A DNA stretch of 53,964 nucleotides. Origin: a virus (lineage: Duplodnaviria; Caudoviricetes). Under the pieces are notes generated by a model. That model saw only the letters and a program-made list of their open reading frames with translations, did no database searches and was not told the origin of the DNA. The stretch lies in the IMG/VR virus record IMGVR_UViG_3300048853_000042, positions 1 to 53,964 of that record. One strand, given 5' to 3'. Shown piece by piece: positions 19,381 to 28,805 of the stretch (position 1 is the stretch's first letter; every line of letters begins with the position of its first letter). The translations under genes and the position numbers were made by a program.

Positions 19381-19513
19381 ACGGCCGTCTCGTCCAAACA
19401 TTCGCGGTCGTGGTGATGGTGCTGCTTGCCTCGGTGGCTGTAAAACCTGCAAGAAAGGCAAGCCCTGCGGAAAGTCTTGCATTTCTAAACAAGACACCTG
19501 CCATATAGACTGA
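19377..19513 (+). pseudogene. Frameshifted small Cys-rich secreted protein
   Basis: Signal peptide in one frame and CKTCKKGKPCGKSCISKQDTCH in another. Confidence 0.55.
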
Positions 19514-19610
19514 TACTAGTCCTGAACAGAGGCGGCCCCGCAGCCGCCCCTCCACAGGGATTTTTCTTGCCGAGGTACCAGGCATCTCTCAGACGCGCGG
19601 CGACGGAAAG

Positions 19611-19985
19611 CTAAGGGCTCGCTTCCCGCGCCCTGATCGCCTCGGACTCTTTCTCAATCTCGGCACAAAACTGAACATCCATCGCTCTGAGAATTGCGAT
19701 CTCTTCGCGAGTAACGATGTTGCCAGTGAGTTGGACCCAAGCCATCAGCTCAAGATTGGAGATCGGTACCGGGCCAGAGAACCCCGGTGGCTGCGCCTGG
19801 CGGAGTTCCCAAAACCATTCCCAGATGAAGGCGCCGTGGTCCGGCACCTCCGCTTCCGGGCTTTCGGTATCGAAGCTCTCGTTGCGCTCGCGCCTGGTCT
19901 CACCGTCCTTGTCTCGGACGCTGTCATAGCGGGCGACGATCCCTACGGCTTCGCAGAGCCTTTCGCCAAGCTCTTCGTAAAATTT
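19611..19985 (-). CDS. Tail assembly chaperone GT extension via -1 frameshift
   Basis: Slippery A AAT TTT at 19979-19985; the -1 frame is open into the 19611-19847 ORF. Confidence 0.8.
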   Translation of the reverse strand, partial: KFYEELGERLCEAVGIVARYDSVRDKDGETRRERNESFDTESPEAEVPDHGAFIWEWFWELRQAQPPGFSGPVPISNLELMAWVQLTGNIVTREEIAILRAMDVQFCAEIEKESEAIRAREASP

Positions 19986-20344
19986 GCGCGGTCCTCCGAG
20001 GCCGTGGCGACCTGGTCATAGATCCAGCCGGCCTCTTCGAGAACCTCGCGAGCCTTTTCGAAGGTGCATTCGGGCGTTTCGCCTTTCCAGTTGTGATCGC
20101 CCCAGTCCCAGGACGCGACGGAGGCTGCCGCCTTGTCGAGATATTCGGCCTCGACCTTGCTAGCGGTCAGCTTCTTTTTCCGGCTGGCCAGGAACTTGTC
20201 GCTGTGCTGTCGAGCGACGCGCTTTACCGCATCGCTCTCCGCGGATCGGATCATGAAACGAATACCTACGAGCTCATCGGTATCCGGGCCGGTGAGGTTG
20301 AGCTCAAAGAGGTCTTCAGAATTGACGAGTTTGGAGATGTCCAA
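19943..20344 (-). CDS. Tail assembly chaperone (gpG-like)
   Basis: Lies between tail tube and tape measure genes; ends DRANFT. Confidence 0.85.
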   Translation of the reverse strand: MDISKLVNSEDLFELNLTGPDTDELVGIRFMIRSAESDAVKRVARQHSDKFLASRKKKLTASKVEAEYLDKAAASVASWDWGDHNWKGETPECTFEKAREVLEEAGWIYDQVATASEDRANFTKSLAKGSAKP

Positions 20345-20358
20345 GGGTCACCTATCGA

Positions 20359-20844
20359 TTACGGGATTACAGCGGGATTGACGCGGATCGGCAGCTGATT
20401 GAGGCCGATCGTAAAGCGCTCGAGCTCGAAGTCGTCGGAACCGCCGCCAGGATATAGCGGGCCGGACACGACGCCGCGGCTGTAGAAAATCGTGTTCGTG
20501 AACCCCTCGCCGCCATCGTTGCGCTCGACCTTGATCGCCATGTTGTCGAGGTTCAGAGGATTGCCGAAGTTGCGCAGGATGACCTGGCCGGCGTCATCGA
20601 AAACCGATGCCACCTCAATCTGCGGATCGCCCGCATTGGCCGTGCCCTTCTGCTTCTGGGTAACCGGCTCATCGAGCGTGTTGTAGCTGTTCATGGTGCT
20701 GTCGGCGCCGAAATCACCGATGTTGCCCACCTTGCCGACCTGAACCCAGGTGAGCGCCGCATAGGCGGACTCGATCAGATCGGTATTCTGGGCGACGGCG
20801 CACACATACACCTTTGAGCCCTTCTTCGTTGCCTTGTTTGCCAT
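20359..20844 (-). CDS. Major tail tube protein
   Basis: KQKGTANAGD, DAGQVILR. Confidence 0.88.
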   Translation of the reverse strand: MANKATKKGSKVYVCAVAQNTDLIESAYAALTWVQVGKVGNIGDFGADSTMNSYNTLDEPVTQKQKGTANAGDPQIEVASVFDDAGQVILRNFGNPLNLDNMAIKVERNDGGEGFTNTIFYSRGVVSGPLYPGGGSDDFELERFTIGLNQLPIRVNPAVIP

Positions 20845-20845
20845 G

Positions 20846-21271
20846 TCAGTTCTCCGGTTCGAAGGCGATGTAAGGGATGGTGACAGGGATCTGCACCCGG
20901 TCACCGTCTTGGAGCGGGCCAGCCGCCCATGGCTCGCTGCTGATCGTGATCTTCACGCCAGAGGCGAATAGGGTTTGGTTTTTAAAGTGGTCGATCACTT
21001 GATCGGCGACATCGAGAGCGCCGATGATCCCTTGCCCGACCGGCCAAACGATTGAGACCTGAAAAAGTCCGCGCTTCTGTTGCGGGTCGTTGCCCATGGT
21101 GATCTGACGTGTCTGGTTGGGCAGGAAAGCCAATCGAAGGTATTTCGGCGGCAGCGGCTGCCCTGCCGCCGGAAACACGACGTTCGGCGCGGCGACCGGC
21201 AATGCCTGTGGCATTGCAAGGAGCCGATCGGTGAGCGTCTTGAAGATGATTGCGTCGGTGCCTGCCGCCAT
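20846..21271 (-). CDS. Tail terminator (DUF4128-like)
   Basis: GLFQVSIVWPVGQG, IPVTIPY. Confidence 0.85.
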   Translation of the reverse strand: MAAGTDAIIFKTLTDRLLAMPQALPVAAPNVVFPAAGQPLPPKYLRLAFLPNQTRQITMGNDPQQKRGLFQVSIVWPVGQGIIGALDVADQVIDHFKNQTLFASGVKITISSEPWAAGPLQDGDRVQIPVTIPYIAFEPEN

Positions 21272-21284
21272 GTATCGGTTACCT

Positions 21285-21527
21285 ATGTCTGAACGGCCGC
21301 CCCTCACCGACGATGAAGCCTATGAACGCATTCATGCGGCTCTGCTTGCGCTGGGTCGTGAGAAAGGTACAACGGTGCGCGCGGATACGAGCCTGAAGGC
21401 TGCTCGAAAGGCGCTGACCTTGCTGCAGCTTGGGCTAGTGGCAGCTATGGAAAAGGGAAGCGACGCAAACGCCGCGGTCAAAGCCCCAGACGCGCCTTCA
21501 ACTCAGCGGCCTTTCGATCAACGATAA
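21285..21527 (+). CDS. Small moron hypothetical protein
   Basis: 80-aa helical ORF filling the gap between two neck genes. Confidence 0.55.
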   Translation: MSERPPLTDDEAYERIHAALLALGREKGTTVRADTSLKAARKALTLLQLGLVAAMEKGSDANAAVKAPDAPSTQRPFDQR

Positions 21528-21921
21528 TCGGCCAGTTCTGTGCGGCGAGCCGGACAAAGCCGTCTGCCGGTTGTCCGTTTGCCCCATATTCTCGGTAGCC
21601 CGCATAGGAGGCGGTATAGCCGAAATAGAGGGTGTCGCCGATGTCAGCGCCGGCGATGACCGCTTCGATCTGCCCGAAATCAGGCGTGTAAGTGCCTCCT
21701 GCGACCGGCTTGGCGGCGCTGATTGCTGGCATGGAAGTCGAGGATGCGAGCAGTGACGCGCGCAGAAAACCGGTGTCCACCCGCATCCGGCCGCCCTGAC
21801 CAACCGGCCTCTGCATCTCCTCTACGACCTCCTGCGTCGCCTCCTTGAAGATGGCTTCGACTGCACCTTCAACCTTGTCGGCCCATTGCGCCACGGCAGC
21901 GCTAAAAGAGAGCTTCGCCAT
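21478..21921 (-). CDS. HK97 gp10-like tail-completion/neck protein
   Basis: RVDTGFLRAS, YREYG, GFVRLAAQNW. Confidence 0.88.
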   Translation of the reverse strand: MAKLSFSAAVAQWADKVEGAVEAIFKEATQEVVEEMQRPVGQGGRMRVDTGFLRASLLASSTSMPAISAAKPVAGGTYTPDFGQIEAVIAGADIGDTLYFGYTASYAGYREYGANGQPADGFVRLAAQNWPIIVDRKAAELKARLGL

Positions 21922-22958
21922 CAGACGACCTCAGCACGGTACCGGCGGACCACCGCGCCGATGTGGTCCACTTTGTATTCAAGCCTGCACCTGCAGCCGG
22001 ATATCTCAGATATCGGCGCCCGCGGGTCGCCCGGGAACCGTAGAAGCGCGCCAGACGGGCTCTGGAAAACCTCATCCATGCCGACGCTCTTGCCGTTCAA
22101 GACACGGTGCGTGTGTCGTACCCGGTTGTCACCGGCCGACCGCCATACCTTGGTGACGTCCTGCGCCTGGACTTTTCCCGCTTCGATCTGTTGCCGCATT
22201 GCCTCGTCGCGGGCGGAACTGAGTGCCATCATGGTTTCGGTGCGCGCCAGCATCTCGCCGCGTAGAAGAAGGTTCCTATCGCGCAGCCGCCCGATCATCT
22301 TGGTGAGCGCGTCGCCGGTGACCGGCTTGCCGGCTCTGATCGCAGCCATAACGGTCCGGTCGAAACGCTTGTCGCGCGTCTTGAGCTCGAAATACCGGTT
22401 CATCAGTTCCGGGTCGCCGGACGACAGATGAACGCGGGCGCGCTCAATGAACTCGATCTGGTACCGTGTCAGGCCGATCACGCCGCCCTCGCGGCGGCCG
22501 GTGACGCGGCTCTGCCGGCCGACGACGTCGAGCGCCGTCGATCTCGGGTTGGCGCCTCTGGCAAGCCCCTGCTCCAGCGCCTGGCGGATGCCCTGCCGCT
22601 GGTCATCGGTGATGTGTGTGACCATCGTCGACGACAGGTCACGCAAGATCGCCTCGGCTACCGGGTTGCGGACGCCGAAGCGCCAGATGACGCGGTTACC
22701 CTGCGGGTCCATGACCTTCGGCAGTTCGCCGACCGCGTTGGTGCCGCCGGCGTTGAATGCCTCCTGTAGTGCGATTTCGAGAGCGGAGAAAGCCTCCGGT
22801 TCGATTTGCATGGCTTCGACCGCGCCGGTGACGTCGCCGCGCTCCAACCGCTCGACCACGACGCGGAGGACGATGCCCGACTTGATGTCCTCGATAGCCT
22901 GCCGGAATGCCGCGGCAAGCGCCGGTTCATACTTGGCGAGGAGTTCATCAAATGTCAT
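21921..22958 (-). CDS. Minor head/head morphogenesis protein (MuF/SPP1 gp7-like)
   Basis: ARTET, KVWRSAGDNRVRHTH, FPGDP, CRC. Confidence 0.9.
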   Translation of the reverse strand: MTFDELLAKYEPALAAAFRQAIEDIKSGIVLRVVVERLERGDVTGAVEAMQIEPEAFSALEIALQEAFNAGGTNAVGELPKVMDPQGNRVIWRFGVRNPVAEAILRDLSSTMVTHITDDQRQGIRQALEQGLARGANPRSTALDVVGRQSRVTGRREGGVIGLTRYQIEFIERARVHLSSGDPELMNRYFELKTRDKRFDRTVMAAIRAGKPVTGDALTKMIGRLRDRNLLLRGEMLARTETMMALSSARDEAMRQQIEAGKVQAQDVTKVWRSAGDNRVRHTHRVLNGKSVGMDEVFQSPSGALLRFPGDPRAPISEISGCRCRLEYKVDHIGAVVRRYRAEVV

Positions 22959-22981
22959 AGGTTATCCAATCTCCTTGCCCG

Positions 22982-23006
22982 GGAACCGAACCACCGTGCA
23001 GGCGTT
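22982..23006 (+). promoter_or_regulatory. Sigma-EcfG/RpoE2-type promoter
   Basis: GGAAC-N16-CGTT 30 bp upstream of the lipocalin. Confidence 0.8.
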
Positions 23007-23036
23007 GCCGCTCCTCATTAAAGGAGAACCGAAGCG

Positions 23037-23546
23037 ATGAGCGAAGTCACAGCAATTCCGAGTCTCGACCTCGACCGCTATCTGGGGCGCTGGTATGAGA
23101 TCGTCCGCCTGCCGCTCAAATATGAACAAGATGCCGCGACGGACATCACGGCAAACTATTCCCTTGATAACAACGGGAAGATCCGCGTCGACAACCGCTG
23201 TTTCGACAACAACAACCAGCCCAAGCAAGCGCTAGGCCAAGCAGAGCCTGCCGATGCGACGAACGCGAAGCTGAGGGTCAACTTTCTTCCGGCTGCGCTT
23301 CGCTGGTTGCCCTTCACTGACGGCGACTATTGGGTGCTCAAGATCGATCCTGAGTATCGGGTCGCACTGGTCGGAACGCCTGATCGCAAGTTTCTTTGGG
23401 TGATCGCGCGCGCGAGTGCAATCCCGGAAAGTACCCTGGAAGACTACCTAGCTGAAGCTCGACGGCAGGGATTTGACTTGAAGAGCCTTATCAGGCCGCG
23501 CCACACCGGGCGGCAGGTGAGCGATGCTATGCTTGAGAAACAATGA
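23037..23546 (+). CDS. blc: Lipocalin (Blc-like, no signal peptide)
   Basis: LDLDRYLGRWYEI, GDYWVL, RKFLWVIAR. Confidence 0.92.
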   Translation: MSEVTAIPSLDLDRYLGRWYEIVRLPLKYEQDAATDITANYSLDNNGKIRVDNRCFDNNNQPKQALGQAEPADATNAKLRVNFLPAALRWLPFTDGDYWVLKIDPEYRVALVGTPDRKFLWVIARASAIPESTLEDYLAEARRQGFDLKSLIRPRHTGRQVSDAMLEKQ

Positions 23547-23728
23547 CGCTCATACGGCAACCCTTCCTTGGATGATGAAGATGACGTTGGTGATGCGGCC
23601 ACGTGTCGGCGGCGATGAGTGATATTCGACGCGTTATCGCGAGGGCTCGATCGCGGCGCGAAAGGCCAGGGCAAGCTTGAGCACTTACGCACTCAGCAAC
23701 TGATCGAAGTTCATCTGGGGAATCCGAT

Positions 23729-23872
23729 ATGAACCGAAACGGCCTTTATCTCGTCATCGCCGTGCTTGCCGTCATCACTGTCGGACTGGGCATCTACGTC
23801 TACCGTGAGGAGACTAGATCCGGTGTCGAGATCAAGATTGGCGAGGACGGGCTTACGGTTCAGGAAAACTAG
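23729..23872 (+). CDS. 47-aa single-TM protein (below the ORF-track cutoff)
   Basis: MNRNGLYLVIAVLAVITVGLGIYVYREETRSGVEIKIGEDGLTVQEN. Confidence 0.75.
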   Translation: MNRNGLYLVIAVLAVITVGLGIYVYREETRSGVEIKIGEDGLTVQEN

Positions 23873-24234
23873 GCTGCGACCCTTCCCTGCACGATGAAGA
23901 CGACCGGCGTGATGCCGTCGTATTTGTTCGGGTCGCCGTTGATGATTGCGTAATCGGCGCCGTTGGCAGTTACGACATCGCCGACGGTCGGCTCGATCGA
24001 CAGCCCAACAGATGAAACGTAAATCTGCATATCTCCGGTCTTGATGACCGTGCCATCGATGTAGCGGGCCTCGTAGGCCATCGGCACCAGGGTGGCCGGA
24101 TATGTGGTAACGACAGGCTCGCCGCCGTAGATCGGGTCAGTAGGAGTCTCGCGCTTCACCGCGCCGGCCTGGCCATACTTAGCGATCAGGCGCTGCGCCG
24201 TCGCCTGCAGGCGTACATAGATCGGGTTCGCCAT
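23869..24234 (-). CDS. Head-closure/neck protein
   Basis: RLIAKYGQ, IDGTVIKTGD. Confidence 0.82.
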   Translation of the reverse strand: MANPIYVRLQATAQRLIAKYGQAGAVKRETPTDPIYGGEPVVTTYPATLVPMAYEARYIDGTVIKTGDMQIYVSSVGLSIEPTVGDVVTANGADYAIINGDPNKYDGITPVVFIVQGRVAA

Positions 24235-24315
24235 CCTCCTCCCTTCCTTTTCGAGAGCTCAGCCTTATTTACGCCTTCATTGCCGCAAGGCTTTTTGATC
24301 AAAGATCTGAGGCAC

Positions 24316-24477
24316 ATGTCCGCCACAATCAGCATCCTCGTGACCATCCTCTTCGTCGTGGTTGTGCTCTATCTCGTGCAGAAGCTTCCAATCGACCCTA
24401 CGATGAAGCAGAGGGCTCAATTCGTTATTTTGATCGCCGGAATGGTCTCGTTGCTCGGCTCACTGGGCGTATTCTGA
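24316..24477 (+). CDS. 53-aa two-TM membrane moron
   Basis: LYLVQKLPIDPTMK hairpin; opposite strand. Confidence 0.7.
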   Translation: MSATISILVTILFVVVVLYLVQKLPIDPTMKQRAQFVILIAGMVSLLGSLGVF

Positions 24478-24486
24478 TCGGCACAG

Positions 24487-24981
24487 CTACACCACCAACG
24501 CACCCGGCCAGACTGGGGTCAGGAACGGCCAGAGCAGCCCCTCGATCGTGGTGACGACAGGCGTCGCGAGCGCGACAAGATCGTCGATATCAGTTGAGGA
24601 AGCGGTTGAATACTCGACCTCAAGCTGTCCAATCTTCTCGCGTTTCACCGTAGACGTGCCAGTGACGACCGGCGAAAGGCTGCCCGGATTCGTCAGCTCG
24701 AGGAATGCCGCCTCGTAAGAGGCGTTGATGATCGCCACCGGGATTTCGTCCGAGGGGATCGCCTCGCCGTAATAGGTCGTGGCGCCGGTGCGCGGCCATG
24801 CCCGCTCTTGGGCATACCCGCCGGTGCGCCGGCCGCTGAACTTCGGCTCATACCGATCGATCACCAGAGAACCGCGCTGACGTGCGGCGGTTTTCTGGGC
24901 ATCGGTCGTGCCATCGGGAAAGACATAGCCGGCTTCGGTTGCGTACGTCGTGAAGCCGTCGTTCGTGCCGTATCCAGCCAT
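24487..24981 (-). CDS. Head-tail adaptor (DnaT-like family)
   Basis: QERAWPR, IPVAIINA, KREKIGQLEVEY. Confidence 0.85.
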   Translation of the reverse strand: MAGYGTNDGFTTYATEAGYVFPDGTTDAQKTAARQRGSLVIDRYEPKFSGRRTGGYAQERAWPRTGATTYYGEAIPSDEIPVAIINASYEAAFLELTNPGSLSPVVTGTSTVKREKIGQLEVEYSTASSTDIDDLVALATPVVTTIEGLLWPFLTPVWPGALVV

Positions 24982-25031
24982 GTCGATCTCCGATGCAAGT
25001 GTGGCCCGGCAGCGAACCGCCGGGCTGGATA

Positions 25032-25373
25032 TCAGGGCTGCGTTGCAAGCTCTTCCAGAGCAGCGACGATCTCGTCTTTCGTGCCCGGCGTCTTATCGCC
25101 GAGCAGCTTCTTGGCGGCCGACTTGAACGACATGAACTGGACGTTCTGGTCTTTCGCTATTTCGAGCACTTCGAGTGCCGTTTTCGGGCTGTCGCCATCC
25201 TGGCTGGCGGCAGCCTTGGAGACGCCTTCGATCTTGAGGAAGCGAAGGCGCTTGGCCTTCTCGAGATCGACGCCTTCAAGATCGACGTCTCGGGTCTCTC
25301 CCGGTTGGATGTAGACCGCCCGCCCCTTAGAGCGGACGCCCTGCAGCGCCTTGCTGTTGTTGGTGATCTTCAT
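25032..25373 (-). CDS. Hypothetical virion-associated protein
   Basis: GGAGG RBS; directly after the major capsid gene. Confidence 0.75.
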   Translation of the reverse strand: MKITNNSKALQGVRSKGRAVYIQPGETRDVDLEGVDLEKAKRLRFLKIEGVSKAAASQDGDSPKTALEVLEIAKDQNVQFMSFKSAAKKLLGDKTPGTKDEIVAALEELATQP

Positions 25374-25387
25374 GGCTGATCCTCCGG

Positions 25388-26356
25388 TTACGGTGCGGTG
25401 ATTTCGTCGCCGTATGCGGCAGCACCCGGCAGACGCCATTCGGTACCGCCGGTACGGGCGATGATGCCGGTCTCGAAGCCCATGATGGACTTCTGGCGCG
25501 GCTGGAGGACACGGCGCGGCATCGGGAGGTGGAAGCGGAGAACTTCCGAATCCCGGCGATACACGACCATGCGGCCGCCGCCGTCCTGGGAGGCATTCGC
25601 GAGCTCGCGCAGCGGCTGGATGTCGAGCTGCTGGCCGGTTTCCGCCGTATAGACGTTGTTGCGGCGGATGTACTCCAGGAGGGTCAGCAGGCCGTCGCCC
25701 TCGCCGAGACGGCGGGTGGCGATAAGGCGGAACGCTTCCGGCGGCAGCCGCAGCGTGTCGACCCACTCGACCTCCGACGTGTTCTCCCGAACGCTGGAGA
25801 TCAGATCGTTAATATCCCGGAGGATCTGGTCGTTGGACTTCGCCGACCAGAAGGTCGAAGAGCCCGTGCCATCCGCGGCGACGTCGACACGCGAGACCTG
25901 CGGGTCGTTGACGAAGCCGGTCCAGTTCTTCTCGGTCGTGCCGACCATGGCAACCGAGTTGAGGAGGCGCTCGACCTTGTCGGAAGCCGACATGGCCTTG
26001 GTGCCGTTCAGGTCGATGCCGTAAAGGGCAGCCTGATTGACCTCCTCGAGGTTCCACTCCCAGCCGGAGCCGATCATCGCGAAGTCATGGCTGGCCATGT
26101 CCTTCGTGGCCTGGTTGAAGGGCATGTCGGTACCGGCGCCGGAGAGGAACTTCGCCTCGCCTGCGGTATCGACGGTGAAGAACGTCGTGCCGATCGCCCA
26201 GGCGTTGCCTTCCGTCACGACGGGCACGTGAGCGCCGTAGTTGAAGGTTGGATAGCGCCGCTGGTAGATGCGGGTCTCGATGTTGCGCCCCTGCGCGATG
26301 ACGAAGGGGAACGCGGCCTGCGCATCAGCGAAGGCCTGACGGATGATCTGGTTCAT
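25388..26356 (-). CDS. Major capsid protein (DUF2184-like)
   Basis: 322 aa; WEWNLEEV, RMVVYRRD, ARTGGTEWRLP. Confidence 0.9.
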   Translation of the reverse strand: MNQIIRQAFADAQAAFPFVIAQGRNIETRIYQRRYPTFNYGAHVPVVTEGNAWAIGTTFFTVDTAGEAKFLSGAGTDMPFNQATKDMASHDFAMIGSGWEWNLEEVNQAALYGIDLNGTKAMSASDKVERLLNSVAMVGTTEKNWTGFVNDPQVSRVDVAADGTGSSTFWSAKSNDQILRDINDLISSVRENTSEVEWVDTLRLPPEAFRLIATRRLGEGDGLLTLLEYIRRNNVYTAETGQQLDIQPLRELANASQDGGGRMVVYRRDSEVLRFHLPMPRRVLQPRQKSIMGFETGIIARTGGTEWRLPGAAAYGDEITAP

Positions 26357-26376
26357 GGTTCAGGTCCTTTTCCTGA

Positions 26377-26859
26377 TCAGGCTGCTGGGGCCGAAGCGCG
26401 CAGACGAAGCGCGATTTCGACGATCGCGCCATTCGCGCCGGACGTGTCGAAAACTGCATCGGGAATGGGGCCGACGATGTCCGTACCCGCGGCGTTGACG
26501 TAGCGATGGGTCAGCGTGTTGTAGAAAACAGCATCGCCCTGCGCGACGGCGCCGCCGGCGGTGACGTACATTGTGCCCATCGTCATGAATGCGCCGGTGA
26601 AGTGCCGGGGGTAAGAGTCTGGGACGAGCACATCCGCGGGAACCGCCGGATTCAGCACAGCGATGCCAATGAATTCGCCACCGGCCGCAAAGGGCACAAC
26701 CCCGTGATCAGCTCCCCCGCGCTGAACCGGCTGGCCGAAGCGCACGCCGCCCAGGTTCTCGACCGTGCGGCTGATCTTGTTGCACTTCTCCTCGGAAGCG
26801 ATCTGACCATGCAGGCCCTTCGGAGGAGCGTTCGTGTAGGTGGTCTGGTAAGTCGCCAT
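26377..26859 (-). CDS. Capsid decoration/cement protein
   Basis: 160-aa beta-rich ORF between scaffold and major capsid genes. Confidence 0.8.
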   Translation of the reverse strand: MATYQTTYTNAPPKGLHGQIASEEKCNKISRTVENLGGVRFGQPVQRGGADHGVVPFAAGGEFIGIAVLNPAVPADVLVPDSYPRHFTGAFMTMGTMYVTAGGAVAQGDAVFYNTLTHRYVNAAGTDIVGPIPDAVFDTSGANGAIVEIALRLRASAPAA

Positions 26860-26873
26860 CTTAGCGTCTCCTC

Positions 26874-28019
26874 TTAGTTGGCCGTGGCAGAGGTCTTGCC
26901 GGCCTTCATGTCGGCGACCATCTGCGAATAGGCGTCAGTCACGACCTTGTCGGCGTCGTTGACCTGCGAAAGGCCCTGCTGCACGACCGTGCGGAAGGGG
27001 TCGGCGCCGTTCTTGCTGGCATCCTCGACGAGCATGTCGAAGCGGGCGTCTACATAGGCTTCCGACTTGTCGGCGATCGCTGCATCGCCGAGCTTGGCGA
27101 CAACGACAGCCTTGCGGATGGCCGCATCGGCGAGGCCTTCGGTCTTCACGTCCTTGGCGATCGTGTGCGCCTTGGTGATGAGATCGGCGCGGGCCTGGAC
27201 GCGCTTGTCGAGATCGGCGTCGGAAAGGATCTTGCCTTTCAGCGCATCGATCTCGGCATCCTTCTTCGCGAGTTCGGCATCCTTGGCGGCCAGAGCCGTC
27301 TGATGTGCCTTCTCCGCGTCGGCGAACTTGGTGTTGGCGTCGGCAAGGCGCTGCTGGAGCGTGCCGATCACCGTGGCACCCTGGTCGGTTACTTCAACCG
27401 GGATGCCATCGACGGTAACCGTCTTCAGGGTCATGATCTTGTCCTCTTTCGGTTTCTGATCACTGGTGAACGGGGCAGCGCCCCACGACCTCACACCGTC
27501 GCCGATGCGAGCTTCTGATCCGGCGCGACCGCGCTGCACGATGGCGACGTGGTTGATCCGGATATCTTTCTGGATGGCGTCGTATTTCTCGCCGGCTGGC
27601 GTGGTCCCCGGCTCCCATGCGAGATCGCAGGTGTAGCCGGCGGAGAGCTCGCGCTTGCCGCCTTCGATGTCGCCGATGGTGGCGCCGTCCATGACGATAA
27701 GCGGGACGCGGACGAATTCGCCGTCGCGGGCCACCTCGTCGCCGATCTGGCCGACCGAAAGGGTCTTCCAGTTGTCGGCCGTCACCGCGTCGTCCGGATG
27801 GTCGTTCGTCACCGGCTTGTGCGCATAGCTGCCGAGGCTGGCCTTGTCGAAGACCTGATCCTCAGGCCGATACACCTTCACGACGTGCATTTCCGGATTC
27901 CCGACCTCGTGGCCGGCATAAAGCTGAATGCCGGCGCGCGCGGTGCGCACGTCAGCAACAAGGTAGCCGTCGGCGGTCCGTCGCGTGCCCGCGATCGGTG
28001 CAGTGTCGGTGAATTTCAT
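26874..28019 (-). CDS. Prohead protease/scaffold (DUF2213)
   Basis: PVTNDHP, ELSAGY, NHVAIVQRGRAG. Confidence 0.9.
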   Translation of the reverse strand: MKFTDTAPIAGTRRTADGYLVADVRTARAGIQLYAGHEVGNPEMHVVKVYRPEDQVFDKASLGSYAHKPVTNDHPDDAVTADNWKTLSVGQIGDEVARDGEFVRVPLIVMDGATIGDIEGGKRELSAGYTCDLAWEPGTTPAGEKYDAIQKDIRINHVAIVQRGRAGSEARIGDGVRSWGAAPFTSDQKPKEDKIMTLKTVTVDGIPVEVTDQGATVIGTLQQRLADANTKFADAEKAHQTALAAKDAELAKKDAEIDALKGKILSDADLDKRVQARADLITKAHTIAKDVKTEGLADAAIRKAVVVAKLGDAAIADKSEAYVDARFDMLVEDASKNGADPFRTVVQQGLSQVNDADKVVTDAYSQMVADMKAGKTSATAN

Positions 28020-28105
28020 TGAGGTCCCCCAAGCCAGATTGCAACCAGACAGAGAGTCCGGTTATGTGCCGACGGAAAGCGCAAATTTGATTCTAGGATA
28101 ACGAG

Positions 28106-28801
28106 ATGGCTGATAAGATTGGGGATCGAGTGAAGGGGCACTGCCCGTCTTGTGGCCCAGACCGTTGGGCGACAATCAAGGGGAGCCATAGCCGGTATCA
28201 GTCAGAAGACAACGTCTGGTACAACGTGAACCATCGAATTCTCGAATGCCCAGCGTGCGATGAAATTTACCATCAGACCGAAAGCACGTTCTCGGAGGAT
28301 TTTGATATCACCCAGAATCAAGTCACTGGTGAAGCAGAATGGGTTTTCCAATCGCGCTATGAGCATTGGCCCCCGCCGGCGAAACGAAAGCGTCCAGATT
28401 GGCTTTCGAGACTGCCGACTATCGACACAGAACTCTATAGATTATTGGACGAAGTTTACACAGCGCTGGAGACTCAGCTTTCTGTGCTCGCCGCGGTTGG
28501 AATTCGCACAACCTTCGACCGCGGCTCGGAGCTGCTTGGAATTGATCCAGCCAAAACCTTCAGAGAAAAGTTGGATGATCTTCAAGATCAAGGCTTCATT
28601 GGCGACACGGAGAGAGATTCGCTTCAACTGATGACTGAGGCAGGAAACGCATCGGCCCACCGTGGCTGGCGCCCCACCGACGAGCAGCTTGATACGATGC
28701 TACAACTGATAGAGTCATTCGTGCATAGAAACTTTATGCTGCGTCACGACATATCGGTTCTTCGCAACGCTATTCCTGCAAGACCGCAAAGGCGACCCTA
28801 G
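28106..28801 (+). CDS. DUF4145-like (HEPN-related) protein with N-terminal Zn ribbon; defence candidate
   Basis: CPSC/CPAC; GIRTTFD; AGNASAH; lower GC; opposite strand. Confidence 0.82.
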   Translation: MADKIGDRVKGHCPSCGPDRWATIKGSHSRYQSEDNVWYNVNHRILECPACDEIYHQTESTFSEDFDITQNQVTGEAEWVFQSRYEHWPPPAKRKRPDWLSRLPTIDTELYRLLDEVYTALETQLSVLAAVGIRTTFDRGSELLGIDPAKTFREKLDDLQDQGFIGDTERDSLQLMTEAGNASAHRGWRPTDEQLDTMLQLIESFVHRNFMLRHDISVLRNAIPARPQRRP

Positions 28802-28805
28802 TAAC

